Positions 1 to 11,922 are shown, numbered from the stretch's first letter. The stretch is DNA of 53,982 nt from Methylococcaceae bacterium (GCA_046305255.1 JBKCCF010000068.1:1-53982), one strand, 5' to 3'. Notes: generated by a model not told the origin, from the letters alone. A program made the numbers and translations.

Positions 1-214
1 GGACATAACCGCCGATAGGCAGGGCGCAAACGGTGAATTCGGTTTCGTCAGGCGTGCGCTGACGGCGCCAGAGCACTGGGCCAAATCCCAGCGAAAACCT
101 GAGCACCTTTACCCCAAGGCGACGGGCTGCCCAAAAATGGCCATACTCATGGAAGGCAATCAGTATAGCGAGGGCAAGAACGAAAAAGAAAACAGTGTGG
201 AGGATTGGAGGCAT
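1..214 (-). CDS. rseP: RIP metalloprotease RseP, N-terminal part only; the gene continues past the left edge
   Basis: Not in the ORF track. The reverse strand from the ATG at 214 reads MPPILHTVFFFVLALAILIAFHEYGHFWAARRLGVKVLRFSLGFGPVLWRR..ALPIGGYV. It has the HExxH site-2 protease motif. It sits in the canonical position downstream of dxr. Confidence 0.85.
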   Translation of the reverse strand, partial: MPPILHTVFFFVLALAILIAFHEYGHFWAARRLGVKVLRFSLGFGPVLWRRQRTPDETEFTVCALPIGGYV

Positions 215-368
215 GAGAGGTCGGGCTACTCCTACAAATTTAAGCGAGACAGAATCGGGCCGCCTGGCCGACGGGGCATGGACCCTGGTATCGCCGCCCG
301 CACGGCACTCTGGGTGAGTGCTGACGGGCGGGCAGTTCAAGGCCGTTGTTGCCGATTCTAATGCAGGA

Positions 369-1550
369 TCAGGGCAAGCGGGCAATATACTCGTGGGCGG
401 CCTGCCGCGAGGCGCGGTCGGCGTCCAATACTGCGTCTATGCTGTCAGCCTTGCCTGCGGCGACCGTATTCATGCAGTGGCTGAGGGTGTCGGGGATCGC
501 CGTGAAACGGATATTGCCATCCAGGAAGGAAGCGACAGCGATCTCGTTAGCGGCGTTGAGTATGGCCGGCATGGTCCCACCTGCCCGCACGGCATCATAG
601 GCACGCTGCAGACAGGGGAAGCGGACAAGGTCAGGGGCCTCGAAATCCAACCTTCTGACAGCAAACAGATCCAGCGGCCCCACCCCGGAATCAAACCGGC
701 CCGGCCAGGCCATCGCGTGGGCGATCGGTACCCGCATATCGGGATTACCCATCTGAGCCAGTACGGTGCCATCGACGTAGTCAACCATGGAGTGAATGAC
801 GCTCTGGGGGTGAATAACCACCTCGACCTTCTCAGGCGGCGCGCTGAACAGCAGACAGGCTTCAATCAACTCCAGGCCCTTGTTCATCATGCTGGCGGAA
901 TCGACCGAAATTTTGCGGCCCATCACCCAGTTGGGATGGGCAACCGCCTGCTCCGGCGTCACAGCGTGGAGGTCTTCCAGCGGTTTTCGGAGGAAAGGCC
1001 CGCCCGATGCCGTCAGCAGAATGCGGCGTACTTCCGGTGCAGTTTGACCGGTCCGGTAAGCGGCAGGCATACACTGAAAGATGGCGTTGTGTTCGCTGTC
1101 TATCGGTAGTAGGTTGGCACCCGCCTGGGCGACAGCCTCCATGAACAGCGGGCCGGACATGACTAACGCTTCCTTGTTGGCCAGCAGGACGGTCTTGCCG
1201 GCGCGTGCAGCGGCCAGGGTTGGCAGCAGACCGGCCGCGCCGACAATGGCGGCCATGACGGAATCGACTTCAGGTAAGACACTGACCTGCTCAAGCGCTT
1301 CGGCACCACTCAGTACCTCAATCGTATTAACCGCCGCATCAGCCAGACGCTGGCGTAAATCTGCCGCCGGTGCAGGATCAATCATGACGGCATAATCGGG
1401 CCTGAATTGCAGGCACTGCTCAAATAGCCTGTCGATGTTGTTGTTGGCTGTCAGTGCCACCACCCGATACTGATCGGGATGGCGGGCGACAACATCCAGT
1501 GTGCTGACGCCGATGGAACCGGTCGATCCCAGTACGCAAATACCCTTCAT
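369..1550 (-). CDS. dxr: 1-deoxy-D-xylulose 5-phosphate reductoisomerase
   Basis: 393 aa. N-terminus is [21 protein letters not shown] (NADPH-binding GSTGSIG). uppS-cdsA-dxr-rseP synteny is present. Confidence 0.95.
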   Translation of the reverse strand: MKGICVLGSTGSIGVSTLDVVARHPDQYRVVALTANNNIDRLFEQCLQFRPDYAVMIDPAPAADLRQRLADAAVNTIEVLSGAEALEQVSVLPEVDSVMAAIVGAAGLLPTLAAARAGKTVLLANKEALVMSGPLFMEAVAQAGANLLPIDSEHNAIFQCMPAAYRTGQTAPEVRRILLTASGGPFLRKPLEDLHAVTPEQAVAHPNWVMGRKISVDSASMMNKGLELIEACLLFSAPPEKVEVVIHPQSVIHSMVDYVDGTVLAQMGNPDMRVPIAHAMAWPGRFDSGVGPLDLFAVRRLDFEAPDLVRFPCLQRAYDAVRAGGTMPAILNAANEIAVASFLDGNIRFTAIPDTLSHCMNTVAAGKADSIDAVLDADRASRQAAHEYIARLP

Positions 1551-2704
1551 TGCACGGCCCTATTGTTCTGCTGGGCCGGTTTTTCACCCGGCGCCGGAGT
1601 GACTGAGTCCTCCATTACGGGCGGTTCGGCACTCTCGGGCGCGACCTGTTCAGCATCGTTGTCAGGTGCATCGGCATGGTCGTGGTCATGACCCTCGCCA
1701 TGATGATGATCATGTCCTTCATGCCCGTCGTGATTATGATCCTCCGGCATTGCGGGCGAATCGTCCTGCACATCGCCATCATCAGGTTCGGCTGCACCGG
1801 GTTCTCCTGGCGCTTCCAGTGCGGGGACAGACTCCGGGGCCATGATGATCTGGGTTGCTGTCTCAGGGCCCATCTGCAGGAAGATAGGTATCAGCAGGGA
1901 GCCTGCATAGAACACCGCAACGGCCGCCAAAAGACTGTCTATACGGTCTAGCAGACCGCCGTGACCCGGCAACAGGGATCCGCTGTCCTTGACGCCGCTG
2001 ATGCGTTTGGCAAGGCTCTCAAACAAGTCGCCACTCACCGAAAAGGCAACGGTCATGACCGACAAAAAGACGAAATCCAGCAGGGTCTGGGTTTCAAATC
2101 TGGTAATGAACACACCTACCAGCAGCGCCATGACTGCAGCGGCAAGCACCGCACCGTAGACGCCCTCAACGGTCTTGCCTGGACTGATGGCCGCGACAAG
2201 CTTGGTGGAGCCCCAGCGTTTACCGGTGAAATAGGCGGCGATGTCCGCCAGCCAGATCAGCAAGACCAGATAGAGGACCTGATACTGGGAAAAATTGAGC
2301 CGTAGCCAGACCATCAGTACCCAACCGGTTATGAGAACAAACGCCCCAGCCAGTACCCGCAATACCGGCGAGTATTTGCGCTTGACCAGCAGGTCCGGCG
2401 CTTTGCGGAAAGCCATACCCCATACCGCCCACCAGATGACTGCCGGAATGTAGAACCACATCGGTAATTCACCCGGCGCCCATTGTGGGGCGAAAACCCG
2501 GGCCGCCAGCATGGCAGCGAGAATCAGGCCAATAAACCCGACACGACCTGTGGTGCCGAGGCCGGACAAACCGCCCCACTCCCAGGCTCCCAGCACTATG
2601 ACCGCACCCCAGAACAGGGCAAAGCCATCGGGCGGCAGCAGTACTATCGCGGCAATAATGAGCGGCGCCAGCAACGAAGCCGTGAGAATTCGATTCTTGA
2701 GCAT
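1547..2704 (-). CDS. cdsA: Phosphatidate cytidylyltransferase (CdsA) with a ~107-aa acidic, His-rich C-terminal extension
   Basis: 385 aa. It is a multi-TM protein with the CTP-transferase signature ..[34 protein letters not shown]... There is a 4-bp ATGA overlap with dxr. The tail from about aa 279 is low complexity. Confidence 0.9.
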   Translation of the reverse strand: MLKNRILTASLLAPLIIAAIVLLPPDGFALFWGAVIVLGAWEWGGLSGLGTTGRVGFIGLILAAMLAARVFAPQWAPGELPMWFYIPAVIWWAVWGMAFRKAPDLLVKRKYSPVLRVLAGAFVLITGWVLMVWLRLNFSQYQVLYLVLLIWLADIAAYFTGKRWGSTKLVAAISPGKTVEGVYGAVLAAAVMALLVGVFITRFETQTLLDFVFLSVMTVAFSVSGDLFESLAKRISGVKDSGSLLPGHGGLLDRIDSLLAAVAVFYAGSLLIPIFLQMGPETATQIIMAPESVPALEAPGEPGAAEPDDGDVQDDSPAMPEDHNHDGHEGHDHHHGEGHDHDHADAPDNDAEQVAPESAEPPVMEDSVTPAPGEKPAQQNNRAVQ

Positions 2705-2758
2705 GGGTGTACTTCCTGGTTTACGTTATAGGAATGGGGGAAGGTCAGTCAGTTGAGT

Positions 2759-3499
2759 CTAAGGGTTACGACTTTCGATTTGGTCACCGGTATAGCCGAA
2801 CCGGCGTTGCCGACTGGCGAAGCTGGCTAGCGCATCAGACAGCGCCTTTTCATCGAAATCAGGCCACAGCAACGGTGTGAAGTGTAATTCGGTATAGGCC
2901 AGTTGCCAGAGCAGAAAATTGCTGATGCGCTGCTCTCCGCCGGTTCGGATAAAGAGATCCGGCTCTGGTAAATCAGCAAGGGCAAGTTCGGCCTGAAGGC
3001 AGTCACTATCGATTTCGGCACTGTGCAGTTCGCCCTGCTCGACCTTGCGTGCCAGCCGCTGCGCAGCCTGAGCAATATCCCAGCGACCACCGTAGTTGGC
3101 GGCAATCACAAGATCCAGCCGATGATTGTTGTAGGTAAGGGCTTCAGCAGCTGCAATCCGTTCCTGCAGCATAGGGGCAAAGGCAAGACGATCGCCTATG
3201 ACGCGAATGCGGATGTCATTCTCGTGGAGTTTCTGGGTTTCCCGTTCGAGGCTCGCGACAAATAGCTCCATGAGCAGGGAAACCTCCTGCGCCGGTCTGC
3301 GCCAGTTCTCGCTGCTGAAAGCGAACAGGGTGAGCACTTCGACGCCCGCCCGGATGCAACCTTCAACCGTTTTCCGGACGGCACCGACTCCAGCCCGGTG
3401 TCCGGCCGGTCGTGGCAGGTAGCGCTGCTTGGCCCAGCGTCCATTGCCATCCATGATGATGGCGATGTGCCTCGGCACGGACGTATCACGCCCACTCAT
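2759..3499 (-). CDS. uppS: Ditrans,polycis-undecaprenyl-diphosphate synthase
   Basis: 246 aa. Contains HIAIIMDGNGRWAKQR and the RTGGEQRISNFLLWQLAYTEL motifs. Confidence 0.95.
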   Translation of the reverse strand: MSGRDTSVPRHIAIIMDGNGRWAKQRYLPRPAGHRAGVGAVRKTVEGCIRAGVEVLTLFAFSSENWRRPAQEVSLLMELFVASLERETQKLHENDIRIRVIGDRLAFAPMLQERIAAAEALTYNNHRLDLVIAANYGGRWDIAQAAQRLARKVEQGELHSAEIDSDCLQAELALADLPEPDLFIRTGGEQRISNFLLWQLAYTELHFTPLLWPDFDEKALSDALASFASRQRRFGYTGDQIESRNP

Positions 3500-3606
3500 G
3501 CCAGTAACCTCTTAGAGGGCCAATTCGGGCCAAATACCGAAGCCGGGAGTGGGGTGCAGTCGGGTGGTTCCACCAGCACACTGAACAGGTAAAACGGCAT
3601 CAGGCC

Positions 3607-4164
3607 TCAGATGGCCATCAGATCCTTTTCCTTGACCTCCAGTACAGTGTCAACTTCCTTGACGTACTGGTCTGTCAGCTTCTGAATCTGCTCCTGACTA
3701 CGACGCTCATCGTCCTCAGAAATCAGTTTATCCTTGAGTGCGTTCTTCAGGTCGGTGTTGGCATCCCTACGGATATTGCGGATGGCGACACGGGAGTTCT
3801 CGCCTTCATGACGGACCACCTTGACCAGGTCGCGGCGACGCTCTTCGGTCAGCGAAGGCAACGGCACCCGGATGACGGTGCCCGTGGTCATGGGGTTGAG
3901 CCCCAAATCGGAGGTCATAATGGCTTTTTCAATAGCCTGAATCATGTTGCGCTCCCATGGCGATACCGCCAGAGTGCGAGCGTCCTCGACCGTGATATTA
4001 GCGGTCTGGCTAAGCGGTACATCATTACCGTAATAGGAAACCGTGACATGGTCGAGCAGACTGGGGTGAGCGCGTCCGGTTCTGATTTTGGCCAGTTCGA
4101 GTTTGAGCGCTTCAATGGTCTTACCCATCCGCTCGGCTGTTTTCTTCTGGAGAGCTTCAATCAT
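3607..4164 (-). CDS. frr: Ribosome recycling factor
   Basis: 185 aa with typical Frr sequence (..[19 protein letters not shown]..). Overlaps the pyrH stop by 4 bp. Confidence 0.95.
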   Translation of the reverse strand: MIEALQKKTAERMGKTIEALKLELAKIRTGRAHPSLLDHVTVSYYGNDVPLSQTANITVEDARTLAVSPWERNMIQAIEKAIMTSDLGLNPMTTGTVIRVPLPSLTEERRRDLVKVVRHEGENSRVAIRNIRRDANTDLKNALKDKLISEDDERRSQEQIQKLTDQYVKEVDTVLEVKEKDLMAI

Positions 4165-4889
4165 GTTTGTTTGTCCGTTTCTATCAGAGATCCAATATCC
4201 TCACCTCGTACGAGGCGCATCACCGCACCAGGCTCAAATACATTCATCACCCGTAGCGGCATCCTGTGATCGCGACAGAGCACCAACGCGGTCGCGTCCA
4301 TCACATTCAGCCGCTGGTCTAGCGCTTCATCGAAGGTCAACCTGCTATAAAGCGTAGCGTTGGGGTCTTTCATGGGGTCGGCTGAATATACGCCATCAAC
4401 CTTGGTCGCCTTGATCAATAGTTCTGCGTTGATTTCAATAGCCCTGAGGCTGGCAGCGGAGTCGGTGGTGAAAAAGGGGTTGCCCGTACCGGCCGCAAAA
4501 ATCACGACCCTGCCCTTTTCCAGGTGGCGGATGGCGCGGCGGCGGATGTAGTCCTCGCAGACCTGATTGATTTTGAGCGCCGACATAACCCGCACCTGAC
4601 GGCCATGATGCTCAAGGGCATCCTGCATCGCCAGGGCATTCAGTACCGTCGCCAGCATACCCATGTAGTCGCCGGTCGTGCGCTCCAATCCTTCACCGGC
4701 AGTTTGCGCACCGCGGATGATGTTGCCGCCGCCGATCACCAGCCCAACCTGAACACCGGCGTCGCAGAGTTCAGTTATTTCCAGTGCCAGCCGGCGTATC
4801 GTCTGCGGGTCTATGCCGCTGCCTTGGGATCCCATCAGGGCTTCGCCGCTCAATTTGAGCAAAATGCGTGTGTATTTTGGTGCACTCAT
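4161..4889 (-). CDS. pyrH: UMP kinase
   Basis: 242 aa. Contains [13 protein letters not shown].. and GGGNIIRG motifs. tsf-pyrH-frr synteny is present. Confidence 0.95.
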   Translation of the reverse strand: MSAPKYTRILLKLSGEALMGSQGSGIDPQTIRRLALEITELCDAGVQVGLVIGGGNIIRGAQTAGEGLERTTGDYMGMLATVLNALAMQDALEHHGRQVRVMSALKINQVCEDYIRRRAIRHLEKGRVVIFAAGTGNPFFTTDSAASLRAIEINAELLIKATKVDGVYSADPMKDPNATLYSRLTFDEALDQRLNVMDATALVLCRDHRMPLRVMNVFEPGAVMRLVRGEDIGSLIETDKQT

Positions 4890-4908
4890 TGAACTGTTTG
4901 CGGCTGGT

Positions 4909-4940
4909 TAAAAATCCGGACTCGCGGCCGTAGCCGCGAG
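4909..4940 (-). terminator. Hairpin plus T-rich tract between tsf and pyrH; possible attenuator or terminator
   Basis: Perfect 8-bp stem CTCGCGGC/GCCGCGAG with a 4-nt loop at 4921..4940. On the minus strand it is followed by TCCGGATTTTTA. Confidence 0.45.
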
Positions 4941-4962
4941 CGTAGAGGTCAGTCAGACTGAA

Positions 4963-5850
4963 TCAGGAGGCTCTGACCTGAGCCATGACTTCTTCTGCAA
5001 AGTTGCTTTCGACCTTTTCGATACCCTCACCGACCTCAATGCGCACGAAACGCTCCACCTTGGCACCTTTGTCGGCCAGCAACTTGTGCACAGTCTGATC
5101 GGGATCCTTGACGAAGGCCTGACCTACCAGAGTGATTTCTGCCAGAAATTTCTTGATCCTACCCTCAACCATCTTTTCGATCACGTTGGCGGGCTTGCCA
5201 CTTTCTTCGGCCTGAGCAACGAAAATCGCCTTTTCCTTCTCAACCAGTTCGGCCGGAACGCCAGCGTCATCCACACAGGTCGGCTTGCTGGCAGCGACGT
5301 GCATGGCGATGTCCTTGCCCAACTCGGCATTGCCGCCGACCAACTCGACCAGAACGCCAATACGGCTACCGTGCAGATAGCTGGCAACCAGTCCGGCTTC
5401 AGACTGGAAGCGTTCAAAGCGACGGATGTTGATGTTCTCACCGATCTTGGCAACCATCGCGCGGCGGGCCTCTTCTATCGTGACATCGGAGTCCGGCATT
5501 TTGCTCTGCAGCAGTTCTTCCAAAGTCACTGCCGAAGAGTCCAGCGCACTCTGGGCGACATGATTGGCAAATGCGACAAAATCATCGCCCTTAGCGACGA
5601 AGTCGGTTTCACTGTTGACTTCGACGATTGCCGCCCGCTTGCCATCTGCACTTGACTTGACACAAACACAGCCCTCAGCAGCGGTGCGCCCTGACTTCTT
5701 GTCAGCCTTGGCAAGACCCGTCTTACGCATCAGTTCAACTGCTGCCTCCAGATCACCTGCGGTTTCGGTCAAGGCCTTCTTGCATTCCATCATGCCTGAG
5801 CCTGTGCGTTCCCTCAGTTCCTTTACCATCCCAGCCGTAATATTTGACAT
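4963..5850 (-). CDS. tsf: Translation elongation factor Ts
   Basis: 295 aa. N-terminus is [27 protein letters not shown] (UBA-like domain of EF-Ts). Confidence 0.95.
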   Translation of the reverse strand: MSNITAGMVKELRERTGSGMMECKKALTETAGDLEAAVELMRKTGLAKADKKSGRTAAEGCVCVKSSADGKRAAIVEVNSETDFVAKGDDFVAFANHVAQSALDSSAVTLEELLQSKMPDSDVTIEEARRAMVAKIGENINIRRFERFQSEAGLVASYLHGSRIGVLVELVGGNAELGKDIAMHVAASKPTCVDDAGVPAELVEKEKAIFVAQAEESGKPANVIEKMVEGRIKKFLAEITLVGQAFVKDPDQTVHKLLADKGAKVERFVRIEVGEGIEKVESNFAEEVMAQVRAS

Positions 5851-5977
5851 TAAATCAGTCCTCTTTATGTACTCATAATGGTGATACCAAGCTACCCTGC
5901 TTATGAAAACGCCCCCTGATGGAGGCGTTTGGATAGTCTGTCCCTGACGCTTGAATTCTTACATCAGCGGCATCAAA

Positions 5978-6739
5978 TCAGGCTTCATCAACCGCTTCGA
6001 CAGCGGGTGCCGCGTCCATTTCCACGAATTCGTCCTCAACGCCGACAACACCAAAGCTATTCGCCTTGCCTTGAAGAATTGAGGTGGATGCAGTCTGCAC
6101 GTAGAGTTGTACCGCACGAATGGAGTCATCGTTGCCGGGAATGATGTAGTCAATTCCAGCTGGACTGTTGTTGGTATCGACGATACCGACAACGGGAATA
6201 CCCAGTTTGTGAGCTTCGCTGATGGCATTGTGCTCATAGCCAACATCAAGCACGAACAAGACGTCAGGCAGACGATCCATGTCGCGTATCCCACCCATGC
6301 TGTTGGTCAGCTTTTCCAGTTCACGCATCATGCCCAGCGCTTCTTTCTTGCTGAAGCGCTGCAAACGGCCATCATCACGCATCGCTTCAAGTTCCTTCAT
6401 GCGAGCAATCGACTGCTTGATGGTTTTGAAGTTGGTCAGCATACCGCCCAGCCAGCGATGATTGACGAAGGGCATGCCACAGCGTAGCGCCTCTTCCTCG
6501 ACTACTGCGCGAGTCGTGCGCTTGGTGCCGACAAATAGAATCTTGCCCCGATTTGCGGAAACCTGTTCGAGGTAACCCATCGCGTCGTTAAACAGCGGCA
6601 GGGTTTTTTCCAGGTTGATAATATGGATGTTGCTGCGCGCACCGAAAATGAATGGCGCCATCTTGGGGTTCCAGTAACGCGTCTGGTGACCGAAATGTAC
6701 ACCGGCCTCTAACATTTGACGCATCGTAACGTTCGACAT
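5978..6739 (-). CDS. rpsB: 30S ribosomal protein S2
   Basis: [27 protein letters not shown]... I moved the start to the ATG at 6739, which follows an AGGAG Shine-Dalgarno. The track ORF start at 6781 adds 14 non-conserved residues. Confidence 0.93.
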   Translation of the reverse strand: MSNVTMRQMLEAGVHFGHQTRYWNPKMAPFIFGARSNIHIINLEKTLPLFNDAMGYLEQVSANRGKILFVGTKRTTRAVVEEEALRCGMPFVNHRWLGGMLTNFKTIKQSIARMKELEAMRDDGRLQRFSKKEALGMMRELEKLTNSMGGIRDMDRLPDVLFVLDVGYEHNAISEAHKLGIPVVGIVDTNNSPAGIDYIIPGNDDSIRAVQLYVQTASTSILQGKANSFGVVGVEDEFVEMDAAPAVEAVDEA

Positions 6740-6976
6740 CACTACTCCTGATTGTTGCGGTTTAGGGTTAAGCCTCCACATACCCCGTTCGACGACCCCT
6801 TGCGACCAGATTGCGCAGGGGCACCCTGCCTGACGTGACGGTATGTGTGTGTGGTTGCTAAAAAAAGCGGGCCTTTATACCATGGAAGCCTGATATCAAC
6901 AATCCGCCACCGTACGACAGCCCTCCGGAGCTCCCCATCTCCGCCTGCCGCGAGCCACCAAAACAGCACCCAGTCA

Positions 6977-7816
6977 ATGAGCATTACCATCAAAACGCCC
7001 GAGGAAATCAGAAAAATGAGGGTGGCGGGTCGCCTTGCGGCCGAGGTCCTCGAAATGATAGAGCCCTACGTCGTTCCCGGAATCACCACCGAGGAAATTG
7101 ACCGCATCTGTCACGACCATATCGTAAACGTGCAGCAGGCTATTCCGGCCCCCCTTAACTACCGTGGATTTCCAAAATCCATCTGTACCTCGGTCAACCA
7201 CACCGTTTGCCACGGCATCCCCGGCCCCAAAAAACTCAAGAGCGGCGACATCATCAATATTGATATCACCGTCATCAAGGACGGCTATCACGGAGACACC
7301 AGCATGATGTTGCTGGTGGGTGAGGTACCGATCCGCGCCAAACGCCTGGCCCGCATCTGTCAGGAGGCGCTTTACCGTGGCATTCGCCAGGTGAGGCCGG
7401 GGGCGCGACTGGGTGATATCGGTCATGCCATTCAATCCTTTGCCGAGTCTGAAGGCTACTCGGTAGTCCAGGAATTCTGCGGCCACGGCATCGGCCGTGT
7501 TTTCCATGAGGATCCGCAGATCCTACATTACGGCCAGCCAGACACCGGCCTGACGATGGAGGCGGGTATGATTTTCACGATAGAACCCATGATCAACTTC
7601 GGTAAACGTCACGTCAAAATTCTGCCGGATGGCTGGACAGCGGTCACGAAGGATCGCAGCCTGTCGGCGCAATGGGAGCACACCATCCTGGTGACCGATA
7701 GCGGCCATGAAGTCCTCACCTTGCGCCGCGACGAACTGGACTTATTCGAATCACACCCACTGACTACCCCGGAGCTACAGGCAGTTGGAACCAGCACCCC
7801 TCCCCACGCCAAATGA
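6977..7816 (+). CDS. map: Type I methionine aminopeptidase
   Basis: MSITIKTPEEIRKMRVAGRLAAEVL.., with metal-ligand regions DIINIDITV, HGIG and FTIEPM. The start is taken at the ATG at 6977. The track ORF from 6845 adds a Pro/Ser-rich leader that is unlikely to be real. Confidence 0.92.
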   Translation: MSITIKTPEEIRKMRVAGRLAAEVLEMIEPYVVPGITTEEIDRICHDHIVNVQQAIPAPLNYRGFPKSICTSVNHTVCHGIPGPKKLKSGDIINIDITVIKDGYHGDTSMMLLVGEVPIRAKRLARICQEALYRGIRQVRPGARLGDIGHAIQSFAESEGYSVVQEFCGHGIGRVFHEDPQILHYGQPDTGLTMEAGMIFTIEPMINFGKRHVKILPDGWTAVTKDRSLSAQWEHTILVTDSGHEVLTLRRDELDLFESHPLTTPELQAVGTSTPPHAK

Positions 7817-7826
7817 GGCCACCCTG

Positions 7827-10463
7827 ATGACTGGGGCTGAATGCCTCGGCTTCAGCGACAGCATCAAGGCGCATAACGCCGACCTGATTGAGCGATTTCG
7901 CGCCGGAGCTCCCGCGTCCGAGCTGATCCGTGAGCGTTCGGACTTCATGGATGAGACCCTGAGTCGGGTCTGGCAGAGATTTCTCGGCGGCTCTTCCGAT
8001 AACTTTGCCCTTATCGCCGTAGGCGGTTACGGCAGACAGGAACTGCACCCCCACTCCGATATCGACATACTGGTACTTAGAGCGGCTCTACCCGAACGCT
8101 CTGACGAGGCTGAAGCAGCCGACAGCTTCGGGGTGGATATGGATGAACGCTTGTCCTCATTCCTGAGTTTCCTCTGGGATATCGGCCTCAAACCCGCGCA
8201 GAGCGTCCGCAGCATTGCAGAATGCGTCCAGCAGGCGGCGGCCGACCAGACGATCATGACCAATCTGCTGGAATCACGGCTCATTATTGGCTCGGAAACG
8301 CTTTACGAGCGACTTTGGGATCGCCTCGGGCCGCAGCATCTGTGGCCTTCGGCCGACTTCTTCGACGCCAAAGTTGCCGAGCAGACCGCCCGCTATGCCA
8401 AGTATCACGACACGGCCTACAATCTCGAACCCAATATCAAGGAAGGCCCCGGCGGCCTGCGCGATATCCAGAACATTAGCTGGATCATCAAACGCCACCA
8501 CAACAGCCGCTCACTTAATCTGGTTCGTGAGGGCTGGCTGACGGAACTGGAGTGCGCCGAGCTCATAAAGGCCCGTGACTTTCTCTGGGAGATCCGCTTC
8601 GCGCTGCATGCGATGACAGGCCGCTGTGAGGATCGCCTGCTTTTTGAGTACCAAAAAGATCTGGCTCGCCAGTTTGGAGTTCAGGACCAGAACATGAACC
8701 AGGCCATTGAGCAGTTCATGCAACTGTATTACCGCACTGTCATGGGCCTGGAACGGCTTAACGAAGTACTGATCCAGCTTTTCAAGGAAGTCGGACTGCA
8801 GCACAGCGACAAAGCCGACACTCGCGCCATCACCGCCGAGTTTCGGTCGGTCAATAACTACCTCGAAGTCCAGCATCCGGCTGTTTTCCGCGAGCAACCG
8901 CTGGCCCTGTTCAGAATTTTCCTGCTGCTGCAGAGCAACCCCACGATCAAGGGAATACGAGCGTCCACCATCCGGCTGATCCGGCAGCACCTGTATCTGA
9001 TTGATGATCAGTTCCGGGCCAACCCGGAAGCCTGCCGCCTGTTCATGGCGATACTGCGTCAAAAAAACGGCGTCACCCAGCAGTTGCGACGAATGAATCG
9101 CTATGGGGTGCTGGCAGCTTATCTGCCGGCATTCGGGCATGTGGTCGGCAGGATGCAGTATGACCTGTTCCACGTCTACACCGTGGACGAGCACACCCTG
9201 TTCGTAGTTCGCAATTTACAGCGTTTTTCACTGGACATTCATCGAAGCGAGCACCCGCTCGGCAATGAAATTTTCGAGTTGATCGAAAAGCCGGAGGTAC
9301 TCTACGTCGCCGCGCTGATGCACGACATTGCCAAAGGCCGCGGCGGCGATCACTCCACGCTGGGGGCTGATATAGCAACCGACTTCTGCAGGCAGCACGG
9401 CATGTCAGAGCGCGACACCCTTCTGGTGCGCTGGTTGGTCCAGAACCATCTCCTGATGTCGATGACCGCCCAGCGCAAGGATATCAACGATACCGACGTC
9501 ATCCACGAATTTGCGACTGCAGTCGGCGATCAGACGGCACTCGACCACCTGTATTTGCTGACGGTCGCCGATATACGGGCTACTAACCCGAATCTCTGGA
9601 ATTCATGGAAAGATGCGCTGCTGCGGGAGCTCTACCTGACCACTCGTTGGGTTTTTCGACGTGGGCTCAATCGCCCTGTGCACCTGACTGACAAGATCGC
9701 GGCGGTCAAAAAGGAAAGCCGGAGTCTGCTTCGGGCGCTTGGCGTGGCCGATATCACCGTTGAACGGGTCTGGGATACCATCCTGAATGATGAATACTTT
9801 TTGCGCTATCAGCCCGAGGAAGTCGCCTGGCATACCACGGCCCTTGGCAGTTGCGAAAACGCCGATCTGCCGCTGGTGGTATTGCGACCCGTGAGTCAGC
9901 GCGGCAGCGCCGAAATTTTCGTTTATGCCCGTAATCAGGATTTCATTTTCGCCCACAGTACGGCGGTGCTCGACCAGCTCAATCTGACGATTCTGGATGC
10001 CCGGATCATCACCATAGCCGGCGATGGCTACATCCTGAACAGCTACCAGATCCTTGAGCAGAATGGCGAACCGATCCGCGATCACCTGCGTCAGGTGCAG
10101 ATTTGCATGCGCCTCAGGGAATCGCTATCGGGCGCACCCGCAACAGCCATCAAGGTGCAGCGCCGGGAGTCCCGCCAGATCAAACACTTCACAGTACCGA
10201 CCCAGATCTATTTCCATGATGACCCGCAGCAACGACATACCATTCTGGAATTGATCGCCACCGACCGCCCGGGATTGCTGTCCAAGGTCGGTCGCGCCTT
10301 CTCCGAATCCGGAATCAGCCTTTACAACGCCAAAATCTCCACCATCGGCAGCCGGGCAGAGGATATTTTCTACATCACCGGCCCAGACCATCAACCCATC
10401 ACCGATGACGCACAGAAGAAAGCGCTCAAGGCCACCATCATCAGCCGGGTAGGCGCCAGCTAG
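7827..10463 (+). CDS. glnD: Bifunctional [protein-PII] uridylyltransferase / uridylyl-removing enzyme
   Basis: About 880 aa. It has a nucleotidyltransferase region (GGYGRQELHPHSDIDILVL), an HD domain (ALMHDIAKGRGGDHS) and two C-terminal ACT-like regions. The ATG at 7827 has a GAGG 8 nt upstream. The alternative TTG at 7785 would overlap map. Confidence 0.9.
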   Translation: MTGAECLGFSDSIKAHNADLIERFRAGAPASELIRERSDFMDETLSRVWQRFLGGSSDNFALIAVGGYGRQELHPHSDIDILVLRAALPERSDEAEAADSFGVDMDERLSSFLSFLWDIGLKPAQSVRSIAECVQQAAADQTIMTNLLESRLIIGSETLYERLWDRLGPQHLWPSADFFDAKVAEQTARYAKYHDTAYNLEPNIKEGPGGLRDIQNISWIIKRHHNSRSLNLVREGWLTELECAELIKARDFLWEIRFALHAMTGRCEDRLLFEYQKDLARQFGVQDQNMNQAIEQFMQLYYRTVMGLERLNEVLIQLFKEVGLQHSDKADTRAITAEFRSVNNYLEVQHPAVFREQPLALFRIFLLLQSNPTIKGIRASTIRLIRQHLYLIDDQFRANPEACRLFMAILRQKNGVTQQLRRMNRYGVLAAYLPAFGHVVGRMQYDLFHVYTVDEHTLFVVRNLQRFSLDIHRSEHPLGNEIFELIEKPEVLYVAALMHDIAKGRGGDHSTLGADIATDFCRQHGMSERDTLLVRWLVQNHLLMSMTAQRKDINDTDVIHEFATAVGDQTALDHLYLLTVADIRATNPNLWNSWKDALLRELYLTTRWVFRRGLNRPVHLTDKIAAVKKESRSLLRALGVADITVERVWDTILNDEYFLRYQPEEVAWHTTALGSCENADLPLVVLRPVSQRGSAEIFVYARNQDFIFAHSTAVLDQLNLTILDARIITIAGDGYILNSYQILEQNGEPIRDHLRQVQICMRLRESLSGAPATAIKVQRRESRQIKHFTVPTQIYFHDDPQQRHTILELIATDRPGLLSKVGRAFSESGISLYNAKISTIGSRAEDIFYITGPDHQPITDDAQKKALKATIISRVGAS

Positions 10464-10607
10464 GGCGAGCCGGAGGTGTCTCCAATAGCGATGGCGGCGC
10501 GGCCATCAACCCTTCAACCGTGTAAAAAAGGGCTGTTTTCTGCTATAAATCCGGGTTAGCACCGTAATTTAGGCGCCGCATCCCTACCACCATTGAGGGT
10601 CAGACAT

Positions 10608-11864
10608 ATGTTCAGCAAAGGCATGGAAATCGCCGGGTTCGATGATGAACTCTGGTCAGCGATTCATAACGAGGAACTGAGACAGGAAGAACATATCGAG
10701 CTCATTGCCTCGGAAAATTACGCGAGCCCCCGCGTATTGCAAGCCCAGGGCACAGTGCTCACCAACAAGTACGCCGAAGGCTATCCCGCCAAGCGTTACT
10801 ACGGTGGTTGCGAACATGTCGATATCGTCGAATCACTGGCGATTGAACGCGCCAAAACCCTGTTCGCGGCCGATTTTGCCAACGTCCAGCCCCATTCCGG
10901 TTCCCAGGCCAACGCCGCCGTCTACATGGCGCTGCTCAACCCCGGCGACACCATTCTCGGCATGAGCCTGGCCCATGGCGGACACCTCACCCACGGTGCC
11001 AAGGTGAATTTCTCCGGCAAAATCTACAACGCGGTTCAGTACGGCCTCAACACTGACACCGGACTTATAGACTACGAGCAGGTCGAGACCCTGGCCCGTG
11101 AACATCGTCCAAAAATGATTGTCGCCGGCTTCTCCGCCTATAGTCGGGTTGTTGACTGGCAGCGCTTTCGCGATATCGCCGACGAAGTCGGCGCCTACCT
11201 ACTGGTCGATATGGCCCATGTAGCAGGTCTGGTGGCTGCCGGGGTCTACCCCAGCCCGGTCCAGATCGCCGATGTCACCACCACCACCACCCACAAAACC
11301 CTGCGTGGCCCGCGCGGTGGCCTGATTCTGGCCCGCGCCAACGAGGCGATCGAAAAAAAAATCAACTCGCTGGTTTTCCCCGGCATCCAGGGTGGCCCAC
11401 TCATGCACGTCATCGCCGCCAAGGCGGTCGCGTTCAAGGAGGCCATGCAACCCGAATTCAGGGTGTATCAGCAACAGGTCGTACACAATGCACAGGCCAT
11501 GGCCCAGCGTTTCATTGAGAGAGGGCTCAGCATTGTTTCAGGCGGTACCGACAATCACCTGATGCTGGTCGACCTGATTGCCAGGGGTATCACCGGCAAA
11601 GCCACCGACGCCGCTCTGGGACGCGCCCACATTACGGTTAACAAGAACGCCGTACCCAATGACCCACAGTCACCCTTCGTAACCAGCGGCATCCGCATCG
11701 GCACGCCGGCGGTAACCACTCGTGGCTTTAGCCGTGCCGACTGTGTGCTGCTGGCAGACTGGATCTGCGACATCGTGGACGATCTGGAAAACGAAGCCGT
11801 CATTGCCGGCGTACGCAGCAAGGTCAGCGACATCTGCCGACGATACCCGGTTTACCCCAACTAA
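10608..11864 (+). CDS. glyA: Serine hydroxymethyltransferase
   Basis: [16 protein letters not shown].., with the PLP-lysine motif [14 protein letters not shown]. The start is moved to the ATG at 10608; the track uses a TTG at 10593. Confidence 0.95.
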   Translation: MFSKGMEIAGFDDELWSAIHNEELRQEEHIELIASENYASPRVLQAQGTVLTNKYAEGYPAKRYYGGCEHVDIVESLAIERAKTLFAADFANVQPHSGSQANAAVYMALLNPGDTILGMSLAHGGHLTHGAKVNFSGKIYNAVQYGLNTDTGLIDYEQVETLAREHRPKMIVAGFSAYSRVVDWQRFRDIADEVGAYLLVDMAHVAGLVAAGVYPSPVQIADVTTTTTHKTLRGPRGGLILARANEAIEKKINSLVFPGIQGGPLMHVIAAKAVAFKEAMQPEFRVYQQQVVHNAQAMAQRFIERGLSIVSGGTDNHLMLVDLIARGITGKATDAALGRAHITVNKNAVPNDPQSPFVTSGIRIGTPAVTTRGFSRADCVLLADWICDIVDDLENEAVIAGVRSKVSDICRRYPVYPN

Positions 11865-11922
11865 TTGGGACCCAGGCCCGGCCGGAAATGGTTTACGCCG
11901 TCATTCCCCAAGGAAACCCAGC

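Noticed and set aside
318-1109. 263-aa ORF on the plus strand
   Set aside because: It is antisense to dxr. It is a shadow ORF with no recognisable domain.
6742-6993. N-terminal extensions of rpsB (to 6781) and map (from 6845), and an 83-aa ORF in their divergent intergenic region
   Set aside because: Conserved N-termini with proper Shine-Dalgarno sequences begin at 6739 (rpsB) and 6977 (map). The extensions and the 83-aa ORF lie in what should be the divergent promoter region.
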